NCBI GenBank assembly: GCA_016786595.1
Contig: JAEUWB010000006.1
Span: 50,648 to 114,647 of the forward strand
DNA from: a bacterium
GTDB taxonomy: Bacteria; Bdellovibrionota_C; UBA2361; SZUA-149; JAEUWB01
Direction of reading: 5' to 3'
DNA: 64,000 bases
Each line of letters begins with the position of its first letter. Within the stretch, counting starts at the first letter, position 1. The position numbers and the translations under genes are program-made. Below are positions 40,204-51,027 of the stretch, piece after piece. A model generated the notes under the pieces. That model was not told the origin of the DNA, did not search any database, and saw only the letters and a list, made by a program, of their open reading frames with translations.

Positions 40204-40284
40204 GCTTAGGCTTGAACTTATACTTCCCCTTAAGCTTTTTTAAAAAAGGTTAAGGGAAAGGGAAAGGGAAAGTTCAAGCCTAAG
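40204..40284. repeat. REP-like palindromic element (copy 3): 'gcttaggcttgaactta ... ggttaagggaaagggaaagggaaag ... ttcaagcctaag'
   Basis: Read directly. Confidence 0.75.
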
Positions 40285-40298
40285 TTTGAAAAAAACAA

Positions 40299-41867
40299 CT
40301 AATACTCGCCCCAAAGCTCGCGAAAAATGTTAGATATTTCCCCCAAGGTCACACCACAACTAACAGCCTCAATAATTTCGGGCATAACATTTTGATTCTG
40401 ACTTGCAGCCTGTTTGAGCTGGGCAAGCTTGCTTGCAACAAGCTGCTGGTCACGCTTAGCCTTAAAGGCCTGAACACGCTCACGCTGATCTTGCTCAAGC
40501 TTGGCATCAACCTTAAATACCGGCACCTTGGCAGCTGCAGAGTTTTCATTGAATTTATTTAGGGCAACTACAATTCGCTCGTGGCTATCGATTTTCTTCT
40601 GATACTCGTATGCGCTACGCTCAATTTCTTGCTGTGGGTAGTTTTCTTCGATTGCCTGAAGCATCCCTCCCCGAGCTTCAATCGCTTCGAGAATAAGCTT
40701 TGTTTCTCGCTCAATTGTATCAGTTAAATTCTCAATGCAATAACTTCCACCAAAGGGATCAACCGTATTCGTTAGACCTGACTCGTAAGCAATTACCTGC
40801 TGAGTGCGCAAGGCCAAACGTGCCGCGTCTTCAGTTGGCAGACCCAAAGCTTCGTCATAAGAATTCGTATGGAGCGATTGCGCACCGCCCAAAACTGCAG
40901 CTAATGCTTCAATACTCGTACGCACGGCGTTGACAAGTGGCTCCTGTGGCACAAGTGAAGACCCCGCAGTTTGCACATGAAAACGCAACATCTGCGACTT
41001 GGGATCTTTAGCACCAAAGCGTTCCTTCATGATCTTTGCCCAAATGCGCCGCGCGGCACGAAATTTTGCAATCTCTTCAAGAAAATCAATCTGGCAGTTA
41101 AAGAAAAAAGCAAGCCGCGGGGCAAAGGCGTCGATGCTGATACCGCGCTGAAGCGCTTGCTCGACGTAAACAATCGCATCAGCGAAAGTAAAAGCAAGTT
41201 CTTGTGGGGCAGTCGACCCCGCCTCGCGGATATGATAGCCCGAAATACTAATTGTGTTCCATTGTGGAACTTCCTTGCTGCAAAATTCGATAATATCAGT
41301 AACAAGTTTTAATGCCGGTCGCGGTGGGTAAATATAGGTGCCGCGGGCAATGTATTCTTTAAGAATATCATTCTGCACTGTGCCGGAAACCTGGTCCCAA
41401 CTAATTCCTTGTTGGCGCGCTAGTGCCAAATAAAAACCAAGCAAAATCGCAGCAGTCGAATTAATCGTCATGCTCGTTGAGACTTGAGAGAGATTAATTC
41501 CGGCAAACAATGTTTGCATGTCTTCAAGTGTTGAGATTGAAACGCCAACCTTTCCGACCTCCCCCTTGACGATCGCTTGGTCAGCATCGCGCCCCATTTG
41601 CGTGGGCAAATCAAAGGCAACACTTAATCCTGTCGTGCCCTGTGAAAGTAAATAGTGATAGCGTTTGTTTGTTTCTTGGGCAGTGCCAAACCCTGCATAT
41701 TGACGCATCGTCCAGAATCGACTGCGATACATTGTCGAGTGAATTCCACGGGTATAGGGGAATTCACCTGGTCGCCCAATTTCCGGGCTTAATTTTGATG
41801 GCGCATAAACAGCTGCAAGCTCAATGCCGGAAATTGTTTGCTTAGTATCTTGCTGTTCTTTTTTCAT
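40299..41867 (-). CDS. Methylmalonyl-CoA mutase family protein, catalytic (substrate-binding TIM-barrel) subunit without a fused B12-binding domain
   Basis: N-terminal MCM signature ([16 protein letters not shown]..., [14 protein letters not shown]); 522 aa. Confidence 0.85.
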   Translation of the reverse strand: MKKEQQDTKQTISGIELAAVYAPSKLSPEIGRPGEFPYTRGIHSTMYRSRFWTMRQYAGFGTAQETNKRYHYLLSQGTTGLSVAFDLPTQMGRDADQAIVKGEVGKVGVSISTLEDMQTLFAGINLSQVSTSMTINSTAAILLGFYLALARQQGISWDQVSGTVQNDILKEYIARGTYIYPPRPALKLVTDIIEFCSKEVPQWNTISISGYHIREAGSTAPQELAFTFADAIVYVEQALQRGISIDAFAPRLAFFFNCQIDFLEEIAKFRAARRIWAKIMKERFGAKDPKSQMLRFHVQTAGSSLVPQEPLVNAVRTSIEALAAVLGGAQSLHTNSYDEALGLPTEDAARLALRTQQVIAYESGLTNTVDPFGGSYCIENLTDTIERETKLILEAIEARGGMLQAIEENYPQQEIERSAYEYQKKIDSHERIVVALNKFNENSAAAKVPVFKVDAKLEQDQRERVQAFKAKRDQQLVASKLAQLKQAASQNQNVMPEIIEAVSCGVTLGEISNIFRELWGEY

Positions 41868-41880
41868 TGCTATTAGAGAA

Positions 41881-41986
41881 TCTTGAACTTTGGCTTGAGC
41901 TTGAGCTTACCTCTATTCCCATAAAATAACCAATAGATTTTGTTACTCAGATTAAGGTAAAGGATAAGCTTATATTCAAGTTCAAG
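41881..41986. repeat. REP-like palindromic element (copy 4, degenerate left arm) in the divergent mcm / acyl-CoA carboxyltransferase intergenic region
   Basis: 'tcttgaactttggcttgagcttgagctta ... aagttcaagcctaagcc'. Confidence 0.6.
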
Positions 41987-42037
41987 CCTAAGCCTATCAG
42001 CACAACACGCTTGAATGCTATATCGCTGAGATAAGAA

Positions 42038-43576
42038 ATGACGAATAAAAATACAAAACTTAATGAATTTTACGATCGTGAAGCAGCGGCAAAAATTGGC
42101 GGCGGCCAAGCTCGCATCGACAAGCAACATGCCAACCAAAAACTAACTGCCCGCGAACGCATCGAGCAGCTCCTCGATTCGGGGAGCTTCGCTGAATTAG
42201 ATCGCTTCGTAACTGCCCGGCAAGGTGAAGAAAAAATTTACGGCGACGGAGTTGTCGCGGGAAGTGGCACAATTGACGGAAGAAGCGTTTTTATCTTTGC
42301 CCAAGACTTCACCGTTTTTGGCGGTTCACTCTCCGAAGCAAACGCCAAAAAAATTGTAAAGATCATGGACCTTGCTGCAGAAGTAGGCGCTCCGGTGATT
42401 GGCTTAAATGACAGTGGCGGTGCGCGTATTCAAGAAGGCGTTGAAAGTCTCGCGGGCTACGCCGATATTTTCCTGAGAAATGTTTTATATTCCGGAGTAA
42501 TCCCCCAAATTTCTCTGATTCTTGGTCCCTGTGCGGGTGGCGCCGTTTACTCACCGGCTCTAACTGATTTTATTTTCATGACCGACAAAATCGGGCACAT
42601 GTTTATCACTGGGCCAGACGTAATCAAAGCCGTAAATAAAGAAGAAGTCACCAAAGAAGAACTTGGTGGAGCAAGAACTCACAACGAGGTCAGCGGTGTT
42701 GCCCATTTTTTCGCCGAGAATGAAGCAGATTGTTTTGCACAAACACGCAGGCTCTTAAGCTTCTTGCCGACTTCTAATCAAGCCAAAGCCCCACTCGTCA
42801 CAACAGCTGACAGTGACGACAGAGAAGACCCCGCGTTAAATACAATTGTTCCGGAGAACCCTGCACAGCCTTACGACATCAAAGAAATCATTACGCGCGT
42901 AGTCGACAAGGCAGATTTTTTTGAAGTCCAAGAGAGCTATGCCAAGAATATCAGCGTTGGTTTTGCACGCCTCGGCGGACAAAGCGTGGGAATCGTGGCT
43001 AATCAACCCAAGCAACTTGCTGGATGCTTAGATATTAATGCAAGCGTTAAGGCTGCGCGCTTTGTGCGCTTTTGTGACTGCTTCAACATTCCAGTTGTAA
43101 CTTTCGTTGATGTGCCTGGATTTCTCCCCGGCACAAGACAAGAATTTGGCGGGATTATCCGTCATGGCTCAAAACTCTTATACGCCTATGCCGAAGCCAC
43201 TGTTCCCAAACTGACAGTAATCACACGCAAAGCCTATGGGGGTGCTTACGACGTGATGAGTTCCAAGCACTTACGAGGAGACCTTAACTTTGCCTTTCCA
43301 ACTGCAGAAATTGCCGTAATGGGGGCTGAGGGGGCAGTCAATATTGTTTATAAGAATGAGATTGCCCAAGCTGTAAACCCCGAAGAAAAACGCAAAGAAC
43401 TAATCAATGAATACCGCGGAAAGTTCTTAAATCCGTGGGAAAGTGCAGCACTTGGCTACGTTGATGATGTGATCGAGCCAAAAAAGCTTAGATCAAAGTT
43501 GATTTGGGGCCTTAAACTCTTGGCGGCAAAACAGCAATCAAATCCGCAGAAAAAGCACGGGAATATACCACTTTAG
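42038..43576 (+). CDS. Acyl-CoA carboxylase beta subunit (propionyl-CoA carboxylase / methylmalonyl-CoA carboxyltransferase)
   Basis: 512 aa, conserved carboxyltransferase N- and C-domain pattern. Confidence 0.85.
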   Translation: MTNKNTKLNEFYDREAAAKIGGGQARIDKQHANQKLTARERIEQLLDSGSFAELDRFVTARQGEEKIYGDGVVAGSGTIDGRSVFIFAQDFTVFGGSLSEANAKKIVKIMDLAAEVGAPVIGLNDSGGARIQEGVESLAGYADIFLRNVLYSGVIPQISLILGPCAGGAVYSPALTDFIFMTDKIGHMFITGPDVIKAVNKEEVTKEELGGARTHNEVSGVAHFFAENEADCFAQTRRLLSFLPTSNQAKAPLVTTADSDDREDPALNTIVPENPAQPYDIKEIITRVVDKADFFEVQESYAKNISVGFARLGGQSVGIVANQPKQLAGCLDINASVKAARFVRFCDCFNIPVVTFVDVPGFLPGTRQEFGGIIRHGSKLLYAYAEATVPKLTVITRKAYGGAYDVMSSKHLRGDLNFAFPTAEIAVMGAEGAVNIVYKNEIAQAVNPEEKRKELINEYRGKFLNPWESAALGYVDDVIEPKKLRSKLIWGLKLLAAKQQSNPQKKHGNIPL

Positions 43577-43678
43577 CATTAAATTGTTAATTGCTTAATC
43601 GTCTCTGCGAAACAGCCTTTACTACAGATTTATGAGGGGCTATACCCTTTGATCATCGATTATTACGACAGGAGAAAA

Positions 43679-44974
43679 ATGTCATCTGATTTCGCTGAAT
43701 TAAAGCTTCCCGACGGTAAAACAATTCAACTCCCAGTGATCGTAGGCAGCGAAAACGAGAAAGCTGTCGATATCACTCGCCTCAGGCAAGATACTGGCTA
43801 CATAACTTTTGATAGCGGCTACGGAAACACCGGGTCGTGCAAAAGTGCTATCACTTACATTGATGGTGATGCTGGAATTTTACGCTACCGCGGTTATCCC
43901 ATCGAGGAATTGGCTGAAAAGTCATCCTTCATCGAGACAAGTTATTTACTGATCTACGGAGAGCTTCCCACTAAAACACAACTCGAGTCTTTTTCTCGTT
44001 CTTTAAGTCTACACACTTTAATTCATGAAGACATGAAGCGCTTCTATGATGGATTTCCTCGTGACGCGCACCCAATGGCAATTTTGTCTTCTGTAGTCGC
44101 TGCAACATATACCTTCTATCAAGACTGGGAAGATCCGAAAGATCCACGCCAGCAAGAATTGAATATCATCCGCATCCTGGCAAAATTGCCAACGATGACA
44201 GCTTTTGCTTATAAGAAATCCCTGGGCCAGCCTTTTATCTATCCGCAAAATCGCTTGTCCTACTGCTCAAACTTCTTGAACATGATGTTTGCAACCCCGG
44301 CCGAGGAATATTTTGTCGATCCAGAAATTGAGCGTGCGCTAGATTTGCTATTTATTCTCCATGCTGACCATGAACAGAACTGCTCAACCTCAACAGTGCG
44401 CCTCGTGGGCAGCAGTCTCTCCAACCTTTTCTCCAGCATCTCTGCTGGAATTGGTGCCCTCTGGGGGCCGCTGCACGGTGGCGCTAACCAGGAAGTCATC
44501 GAAATGCTCGAACAAATTGTTCGCGATAAAATCGATGTGAGAAAGTTTGTCGAAATGGCAAAATCAAAGGACAGTAAAGCGCGCTTGATGGGCTTTGGCC
44601 ATCGTGTTTACAAAAACTACGATCCGCGGGCAAAAATCCTTAAAGAGACTTGCGCCAAAGTTTTACAAAAACTTCCACTGAAAGACCCCCTTTTCCAAGT
44701 CGCGCAAGAGCTTGAAGAAATTGCGCTGAAGGATCCATATTTTGTTGAACGCAAACTTTATCCGAATGTGGACTTTTATAGTGGTATAATTTACCGCGCC
44801 CTAGGAATCCCGATTAAGAGTTTTACAGCGATGTTTGCCCTGGGGCGATTGCCAGGCTGGATTGCGCAGTGGCGCGAAATGCATCTTGGTGGTGAGACTA
44901 AGATTGGTCGTCCACGCCAAATTTATACCGGAGAAGCCAAGCGTAGTTATACGCCACTTGAAAAACGGGGATAA
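43679..44974 (+). CDS. gltA: Citrate synthase (type II, GltA-like)
   Basis: GFGHRVYKNYDPRA signature; the N-terminus parallels E. coli GltA; GGAG RBS before the ATG at 43679. Confidence 0.9.
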   Translation: MSSDFAELKLPDGKTIQLPVIVGSENEKAVDITRLRQDTGYITFDSGYGNTGSCKSAITYIDGDAGILRYRGYPIEELAEKSSFIETSYLLIYGELPTKTQLESFSRSLSLHTLIHEDMKRFYDGFPRDAHPMAILSSVVAATYTFYQDWEDPKDPRQQELNIIRILAKLPTMTAFAYKKSLGQPFIYPQNRLSYCSNFLNMMFATPAEEYFVDPEIERALDLLFILHADHEQNCSTSTVRLVGSSLSNLFSSISAGIGALWGPLHGGANQEVIEMLEQIVRDKIDVRKFVEMAKSKDSKARLMGFGHRVYKNYDPRAKILKETCAKVLQKLPLKDPLFQVAQELEEIALKDPYFVERKLYPNVDFYSGIIYRALGIPIKSFTAMFALGRLPGWIAQWREMHLGGETKIGRPRQIYTGEAKRSYTPLEKRG

Positions 44975-45123
44975 TTCTCGAAAGCGCTGAACCAAACTTT
45001 GATTTTCGAAAGACTTACTGAGCTAGTTGAATTAAAAGCTGAGTCAGAGATCTTAGAAAAACTCAGAAAAATATTTAATAAAATTCATGATTAACGATTG
45101 CGCCAATAAAAAAGGAGATTGCT

Positions 45124-45726
45124 ATGGAAATCGAAAAACTGTTTAGTTACGCAGAACAAGCTCTCGGACCAGAAATTAGTTCCGTGCTTTCCGCACAAGG
45201 TATTGCTAATTCCAACTCTTCACGCGCTACTGCTGAAACAGTGGTGAACAGTCTTTTTCAGCAATTACAAAACGGCAATGCCAAGCCCTTTGCGGAAATG
45301 CTTTCTGGCATGGAAACAAGTCAAAATCATGAAGTCGTGCAAAATTTAAGCCCGACAATCAGTAATGATCTAGCAACTAAATTAAATATCGATAGCCGCA
45401 CCGCGCAACGGATCGCGATGGTCGCCTTGCCAATTGTGCTCAACATGTTCAACAAGCGCGCCTCGGGACTACATTCTCAAGGCGGCGATTTTGGTTCAAG
45501 CTTCGGTAAAATTTTCGGCAGCATGGTCGGTAAGCAACTTGGCCAAATGGCTGGTGGCCAACCGCAGCGTAGTGGCTTACCGCTAGGCAGTATCTTGTCC
45601 AAAATGATTTCTGTATTTTTTGGTGGAACTAAGTCAGCTGTCCCCGCCAACCGAATCGGCAATCAACCGAGCTCAGCAAACATGGAAGCTGTGGTCTGGG
45701 AGATGCTTAAGAAGGTGATGCACTAG
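45124..45726 (+). CDS. Hypothetical protein, DUF937 (YidB)-like
   Basis: Low-complexity Gly/Ser-rich protein; family call is weak. Confidence 0.45.
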   Translation: MEIEKLFSYAEQALGPEISSVLSAQGIANSNSSRATAETVVNSLFQQLQNGNAKPFAEMLSGMETSQNHEVVQNLSPTISNDLATKLNIDSRTAQRIAMVALPIVLNMFNKRASGLHSQGGDFGSSFGKIFGSMVGKQLGQMAGGQPQRSGLPLGSILSKMISVFFGGTKSAVPANRIGNQPSSANMEAVVWEMLKKVMH

Positions 45727-45736
45727 GCGTAGTTTA

Positions 45737-45801
45737 AGCTTAGGCTTGAACTTCCCCTTCCGTCTTCCTAGGATAAGTAAAAGTCTAAGTTCAAGCCTAA
45801 G
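45737..45801. repeat. REP-like palindromic element (copy 5): 'gcttaggcttgaactt-cccctt...-aagttcaagcctaag'
   Basis: Read directly; lies between convergent genes. Confidence 0.8.
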
Positions 45802-45820
45802 TAAATAGCTGATAATCTGC

Positions 45821-46972
45821 TTACGACCCCTTCGGCAGTCCAAGCACGCGCTCGGCGATAATCCCACGCTGAATTTCAGAAGTGCCCGCGGCAATGGTTC
45901 GTCCCCGCGAATAGAGATAGCGGTGCTCCGCGCTTAAGGCTTGATCCCCAATCCCTAGCACACCAGCTGAGCCGAGAATTTCTAGTGCAAATTTTGAAAT
46001 CTCTTGAAAGTTTTCACTCCAGAAAAGCTTATCCAGAGACCCCTCAGGCCCTGGATTTTTCCCGGAAGAATATTCCACTAAGTGACTTAGCGCCAGGGTG
46101 CGCACAGCCATATTGTTAGCAATCAAGCGACCGAGGCGGTCAAGTTCAAGCGCTGTCGCTCCACGGGCGTTCAACACTTCTACAATCTCTGCTAAAGCTT
46201 TTTCTGATTGCAGGTGCCGCGCGAAAGTCAAAATTACGCGCTCATACATTAAAGTCGATATTGCGATTTTCCAGCCATCGCCGGGCTTTCCCACAATCAT
46301 CTCACCAGGCACTTTAACATCTTCAAAGAAAACTTCATTAAACTCTTGGTCACCTGAAATCTGTGTAAGTGGGCGCACGCTAATGCCTGGTGTTTTCATG
46401 TCAACCAAGAAATAGGTCAGCCCTTTGTGTTTCGGAACTGTTTGATCGCTACGCGCTAAGACAAAACAAAACTGTGCATACTGAGCAAAACTCGTCCAAA
46501 CTTTTTGTCCTGAAATCGACCAATTTGAACCCTGCTGGACTGCCTGCGTTTTGAGTGAAGCTAAGTCACTGCCAGCCTGAGGTTCACTAAAGCCTTGGCA
46601 CCAGATTTCTTCAGCTAAGAGAATTTTCTGTAAAAATCTCTGTTGCTGCTCGGCCGACCCATGCTCAATTAATACCGGGCCAACCATGGTTAGGCCGAAA
46701 AGATTAATCAGCTGCGGGGCATCAGCCTTACCCAGCTCTTCTTGAATTACAGCCTCTTCGACTAAACTTAATCCGCGTCCGCCATATTGCTCAGGCCAGT
46801 GCACTGCGACCCAACGTGCCTCGGCTAATTTACGTTGCCAAGCGCGAGAGACTTCAACAAATTCCGAAAGATCTGCGTGCTGACTTAAAGCTGGAGGTCG
46901 GTTACTTTTTAACCAAGTTTTAATTTCGCTGCGGATTTTTTCAGCGCGATCGCTTAAAGTAATTTCAATCAT
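45821..46972 (-). CDS. Acyl-CoA dehydrogenase family protein
   Basis: ACAD middle and C-terminal domain pattern; ATG at 46972 preferred because the longer ORF overlaps zwf. Confidence 0.8.
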   Translation of the reverse strand: MIEITLSDRAEKIRSEIKTWLKSNRPPALSQHADLSEFVEVSRAWQRKLAEARWVAVHWPEQYGGRGLSLVEEAVIQEELGKADAPQLINLFGLTMVGPVLIEHGSAEQQQRFLQKILLAEEIWCQGFSEPQAGSDLASLKTQAVQQGSNWSISGQKVWTSFAQYAQFCFVLARSDQTVPKHKGLTYFLVDMKTPGISVRPLTQISGDQEFNEVFFEDVKVPGEMIVGKPGDGWKIAISTLMYERVILTFARHLQSEKALAEIVEVLNARGATALELDRLGRLIANNMAVRTLALSHLVEYSSGKNPGPEGSLDKLFWSENFQEISKFALEILGSAGVLGIGDQALSAEHRYLYSRGRTIAAGTSEIQRGIIAERVLGLPKGS

Positions 46973-46982
46973 ACTTCTACTC

Positions 46983-48503
46983 TTAAGATTTATACCAGCC
47001 ACGCCCAATACGACGTAGCAAAAGTTCATCGGCCATACTCGGTCCAGCACTACCAGCTTCATAACCGTAAACAGGTGGCATGCGTAGTTTACTTGTTTTC
47101 CAAGCTTCAAGAATTGGTGCTACTACCGCCCAAGCCTGCTCAATTTCGTCGTTACGAGTAAATAGTGTCGGGTCTCCCTTCATCGCATCAAGTAGGAGGC
47201 GCTCATAGGCTTCAGGTGGTTCCACTCCAAATGATTTTCCATAACTAAATTCCATGTCCACGCCCTGCAGCTTGACACTCGGTCCTGGAGGTTTACAGTT
47301 AACACGAAGAAAAATCCCCTCATCTGGCTGAATTTGGAAGGTGAGCACATTTGAAGCTACTTGATCGATACCAAACTTTTCAAAAAATAAGTGTGGCGCT
47401 TCGCGAAAAAAAACAGAAATTTCTGTGACCCTTTCACTCAAGCGCTTGCCAGCTCGCAGGTAAAACGGCACGCCGTTCCAACGCCAATTATCAATTGCAA
47501 ATTCAATGCCGACGTAGGTTTCAGTTTCTGATTTTTTATCAACTCCGGCTTCTCCGAGATATCCCGCTACAGCTTCATTACCAATTTTGCCGGCGAGATA
47601 ACGCCCCCGCACAACTTTATTGGCTACATCTTCCGGCGAAAATTTACGAATCGATCTTAAGACTTTAACCTTTTCATCACGCACTGCGTTAGCTTCAAAG
47701 CTCACTGGTGGTTCAAGCGCCACTAAGCAAAGTAGCTGCAAAGCATGGTTTTGCACCATATCACGTAAGATTCCGGATTTATCGAAGTAGCCCGCACGCG
47801 TGCCGACGCCAATTGTTTCCGCAACTGTAATCTCTACATGGCTCACATATTTATGATTCCAGAGCGGCTCAAAAATACCGTTGGCGAAGCGGAATACTAA
47901 AATATTTTGCACCGTTTCTTTGCCAAGGTAATGATCGATGCGGTAGATTTGTTCTTCGCGCATCGCATTCAGCAGCTCTTGGTTCAGTTTTTTTGCCGAT
48001 TCCAAATCATGGCCAAAAGGCTTTTCTACAATCACACGTGACTGCTTCCAGGCATCTGGATTTGTAGCGATAGCTTCGCCGCTCAAGAGTCCAACTTCCG
48101 ATAAATACTTCGCTGCAGGGCCAAAAAACTCAGGTGCAGTTGCTAAATAAAAAACAACGTCACGTGAAGTCGACCCAAACTGAGTCAAGGCCTGACGCAG
48201 TTTCTCGTAGCTTTCCTTGGCACCGAGATCCCCAGAAACGTAGGCAATCTTACTGGTAAATTTGCTCCAAAGCGCTGGATCAATTGGTCGGCGGCGCGAA
48301 TATGTATCAACAGCCTCACGTAAGAATTCAATAAATTCTTCGCGAGTAAATTCTCTTCGAGAAAAACCAACTAAAGCAAAATCGTCGGGCAAGAGACCGT
48401 CGAGTGCCAGATTGTAAAGCGCCGGCACGAGTTTACGTTGCGCCAAATCGCCAGTTGCACCAGCAATCACTAAAGTTGTGGGACTGACTGTTTTGGGCTG
48501 CAT
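46983..48503 (-). CDS. zwf: Glucose-6-phosphate 1-dehydrogenase
   Basis: AGATGDLA NADP-binding motif and the DHYLGKE active-site region. Confidence 0.95.
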   Translation of the reverse strand: MQPKTVSPTTLVIAGATGDLAQRKLVPALYNLALDGLLPDDFALVGFSRREFTREEFIEFLREAVDTYSRRRPIDPALWSKFTSKIAYVSGDLGAKESYEKLRQALTQFGSTSRDVVFYLATAPEFFGPAAKYLSEVGLLSGEAIATNPDAWKQSRVIVEKPFGHDLESAKKLNQELLNAMREEQIYRIDHYLGKETVQNILVFRFANGIFEPLWNHKYVSHVEITVAETIGVGTRAGYFDKSGILRDMVQNHALQLLCLVALEPPVSFEANAVRDEKVKVLRSIRKFSPEDVANKVVRGRYLAGKIGNEAVAGYLGEAGVDKKSETETYVGIEFAIDNWRWNGVPFYLRAGKRLSERVTEISVFFREAPHLFFEKFGIDQVASNVLTFQIQPDEGIFLRVNCKPPGPSVKLQGVDMEFSYGKSFGVEPPEAYERLLLDAMKGDPTLFTRNDEIEQAWAVVAPILEAWKTSKLRMPPVYGYEAGSAGPSMADELLLRRIGRGWYKS

Positions 48504-48527
48504 GCTGTTTTTCCTGATTTTTCAAGG

Positions 48528-49433
48528 CTACTGATCGGCACCGGACTTTACCGCATGTCCGCCAAATTGCTTACGTAAAATTGCCAGCACACGGTCAGAA
48601 AAGGTGTTTTCACGACGCGAGCGAAAGCGATTCATTAAGGACATTGTAATCACGGGAGTTGGAACGCTGAGCCGAATCCCTTCCTCAACTGTCCAGCGCC
48701 CTTCCCCAGAATCTTCAACAAAACCCTTGACCGTTTCCAGTCGTGGGTCGCTCTTAAAGGCATCGCCGAGTAATTCAAGCAACCATGAACGCACCACACT
48801 GCCATGCTGCCAGAGTCCTGCAACCTTTCCGAGATCAAGATTGAATTGACTTTCCTTTAAAAGCTCAAAGCCTTCGGCATAAGCCTGCATCAAGCCATAC
48901 TCAATGCCGTTGTGGATCATTTTCGTATAGTGCCCTGCTCCACTTGCACCGACATGCAAAAGCCCGCCTTCCTGAGCCAAACTCTTAAACGCAGGTTCAA
49001 CTTGGGCATAGGCTTCCTTTTCTCCGCCAACCATCAAGCAATAGCCTTTTTCTAAACCCCAAATTCCGCCACTGGTCCCAACATCAAGCATTTGCATGCC
49101 GTAGCGTGCCACCTTTTGCGCGCGTAAAACGCTATCTGAGTAACGACTATTTCCGCCATCAATTAAAATATCTCCGGCAGCACAAAGTGGCACGATATCG
49201 TTAATCATCTCGTCGACAATTTTCCCTGCAGGAACCATCAGCCAAATCACGCGTGGCGCGCTCAATTTGGAAACTAAATCTTCCAAAGAATTAGCAGCAG
49301 TCATGCCTTCTTTAGCCAGTACGGCACTGACCTCACTTGAGACATCAAAACCAACAACTTGGTGTCCTGCCTTAATCAAGCGGCGCGTCATATTGCCGCC
49401 CATTTTCCCTAAACCGATAAATCCAATTTGCAT
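48528..49433 (-). CDS. gnd: 6-phosphogluconate dehydrogenase (decarboxylating), short ~300-aa form
   Basis: GFIGLGKMG Rossmann motif; 6PGD C-domain. Confidence 0.85.
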   Translation of the reverse strand: MQIGFIGLGKMGGNMTRRLIKAGHQVVGFDVSSEVSAVLAKEGMTAANSLEDLVSKLSAPRVIWLMVPAGKIVDEMINDIVPLCAAGDILIDGGNSRYSDSVLRAQKVARYGMQMLDVGTSGGIWGLEKGYCLMVGGEKEAYAQVEPAFKSLAQEGGLLHVGASGAGHYTKMIHNGIEYGLMQAYAEGFELLKESQFNLDLGKVAGLWQHGSVVRSWLLELLGDAFKSDPRLETVKGFVEDSGEGRWTVEEGIRLSVPTPVITMSLMNRFRSRRENTFSDRVLAILRKQFGGHAVKSGADQ

Positions 49434-49436
49434 AAA

Positions 49437-50543
49437 TTATAAACTAGCCATTTTATTGTTGATTGTTGTGTTCAATGAATGAAAAGAATCGCTAAAAAGC
49501 TTTACGCCCTCGACCTGCAATTTTGTTAATAAGGGTGCTACCTCGACGCCAACTTCCTTAAGTAGCGCAGGGAAGTCTGAAACTTCCGAGAGCTCTTGCT
49601 CGATTGTAGCAGCAACTTTCCCGTGGTCGATGAAAGCTTTTAAGGTCGCAAGTGGCATGGTGTTAACCGTGTCTTGGCCAATTAACTGATCTACGTAAAG
49701 CGTATCTGGATATGCTGGATTTTTAGTGCCGGTCGATGCCCAGAGTGGTCGCTGGACCGCAGCCCCTTTTGCACTGAGTGCAGAAAATTCTTTTGCTGTG
49801 AAAAGCTTCTGATATTCAGCGTAGGCAGCACGAGAATTATAAACACCAAATTTACCCTTAAGCTCAGCCGCTTGAGGAAACTTCAGCGCGGCAGTATCAA
49901 GCGCTGCATCGACAATCGTATCAACACGGCTCACAAAGAAACTCGCAACGGAACGAATTGAATCGATCGGAAGTCCTTTAGCTGCACGTTCAGTCAACGC
50001 CGCAATGTAAGTTTTAGCCACGGCAACGTAATTTTCAACCGAGAATAGTAGAGTTACGTTAACGTTAATCCCGTCAAGCAAAAGTGCTTTGATTGCCGGA
50101 ATTCCTTCAGATGTTCCAGGCACTTTAATCATAATGTTAGGGCGACCCAGTTCTTTGAATAAACGCTTACCTTCTGTAATCGTTCCGGCCGTATCAGTCG
50201 CCAGTAATGGTGAAACTTCAATACTGACAAATCCGTCAGTGCCGTGGGTGCGTTCAAAAACAGGCAAGAAAAAATCAGCGGCTCGACCGACATCTTCAAC
50301 CGCAAGTCGTTCGAAGGCCTGTGCGGAATTTAAGCCTTGCGACTTAGCAGTTTTGATTGTCGCGTCATAAAGGGCGCTTGAGCTAATTGCCTTGTCAAAA
50401 ATTGTTGGGTTTGAGGTCATCCCCAAAATTCCCCACTCGTCGATCATTTTCTTGAGTTCGCCAGTCTCGAGCATGTCGCGGCTGAGATTATCGTACCAGA
50501 CACTTTGTCCGAGTTTGTGTAATTGTTTGAGCTTATCTGACAT
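49437..50543 (-). CDS. tal: Transaldolase
   Basis: ...VWYDNLSR...TSNPTIF transaldolase motifs. Confidence 0.9.
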   Translation of the reverse strand: MSDKLKQLHKLGQSVWYDNLSRDMLETGELKKMIDEWGILGMTSNPTIFDKAISSSALYDATIKTAKSQGLNSAQAFERLAVEDVGRAADFFLPVFERTHGTDGFVSIEVSPLLATDTAGTITEGKRLFKELGRPNIMIKVPGTSEGIPAIKALLLDGINVNVTLLFSVENYVAVAKTYIAALTERAAKGLPIDSIRSVASFFVSRVDTIVDAALDTAALKFPQAAELKGKFGVYNSRAAYAEYQKLFTAKEFSALSAKGAAVQRPLWASTGTKNPAYPDTLYVDQLIGQDTVNTMPLATLKAFIDHGKVAATIEQELSEVSDFPALLKEVGVEVAPLLTKLQVEGVKLFSDSFHSLNTTINNKMASL

Positions 50544-50555
50544 GTAACCGTATCC

Positions 50556-50667
50556 TTTGGCTTGAACTTATCTTTAACCTTCTGAATGAATGAAGGATAA
50601 AGAACTACAAGAGTTTAGGACAAGGATCAGGATCAGGTAAAGGGCAAGAGCAAGTTCAAGTGCAAGG
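50556..50667. repeat. REP-like palindromic element (copy 6, long-loop variant)
   Basis: 'ggcttgaactta ... aagttcaagtgcaagg' arms around a ~80-nt insert. Confidence 0.6.
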
Positions 50668-50674
50668 CACGAAC

Positions 50675-50836
50675 TTACTTATTCTCGTCTTTCTTTTGGT
50701 CTTTTTCCATTTCACGCAGTAATTCAATCGACTGCTTGATTAGACCAAGCTCAAAAGCCATCGAAGATGGGCCAAAACGATTAGTAAATGTTGGACGACG
50801 CTTTCTTTTGCGGCGGTTGGATTTCAGAGTTTCCAC
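50675..50836 (-). CDS. Possible small basic protein (53 aa, GTG start; VETLKSNRRKRKRRPTFTNRFGPSSMAFELGLIKQSIELLREMEKDQKKDENK)
   Basis: Below the 60-aa cutoff of the ORF track; found by manual translation; weak RBS. Confidence 0.2.
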   Translation of the reverse strand: METLKSNRRKRKRRPTFTNRFGPSSMAFELGLIKQSIELLREMEKDQKKDENK

Positions 50837-51027
50837 TGTCAATTCCCTGCTTACTAGTTCTACTACTTATTTGATGCCTAAACCACAGACCGGCATTCAA
50901 GTTTTTTGTTAAAACCAATATCTCTAATTAACAACCTACACCATTTATGCTACGAGTTGTGAAAAGTGTAACCTCTTATTTTTACATTATTTTTTGATTT
51001 TTAAGGTCAATAATTTCAAATACTTAC

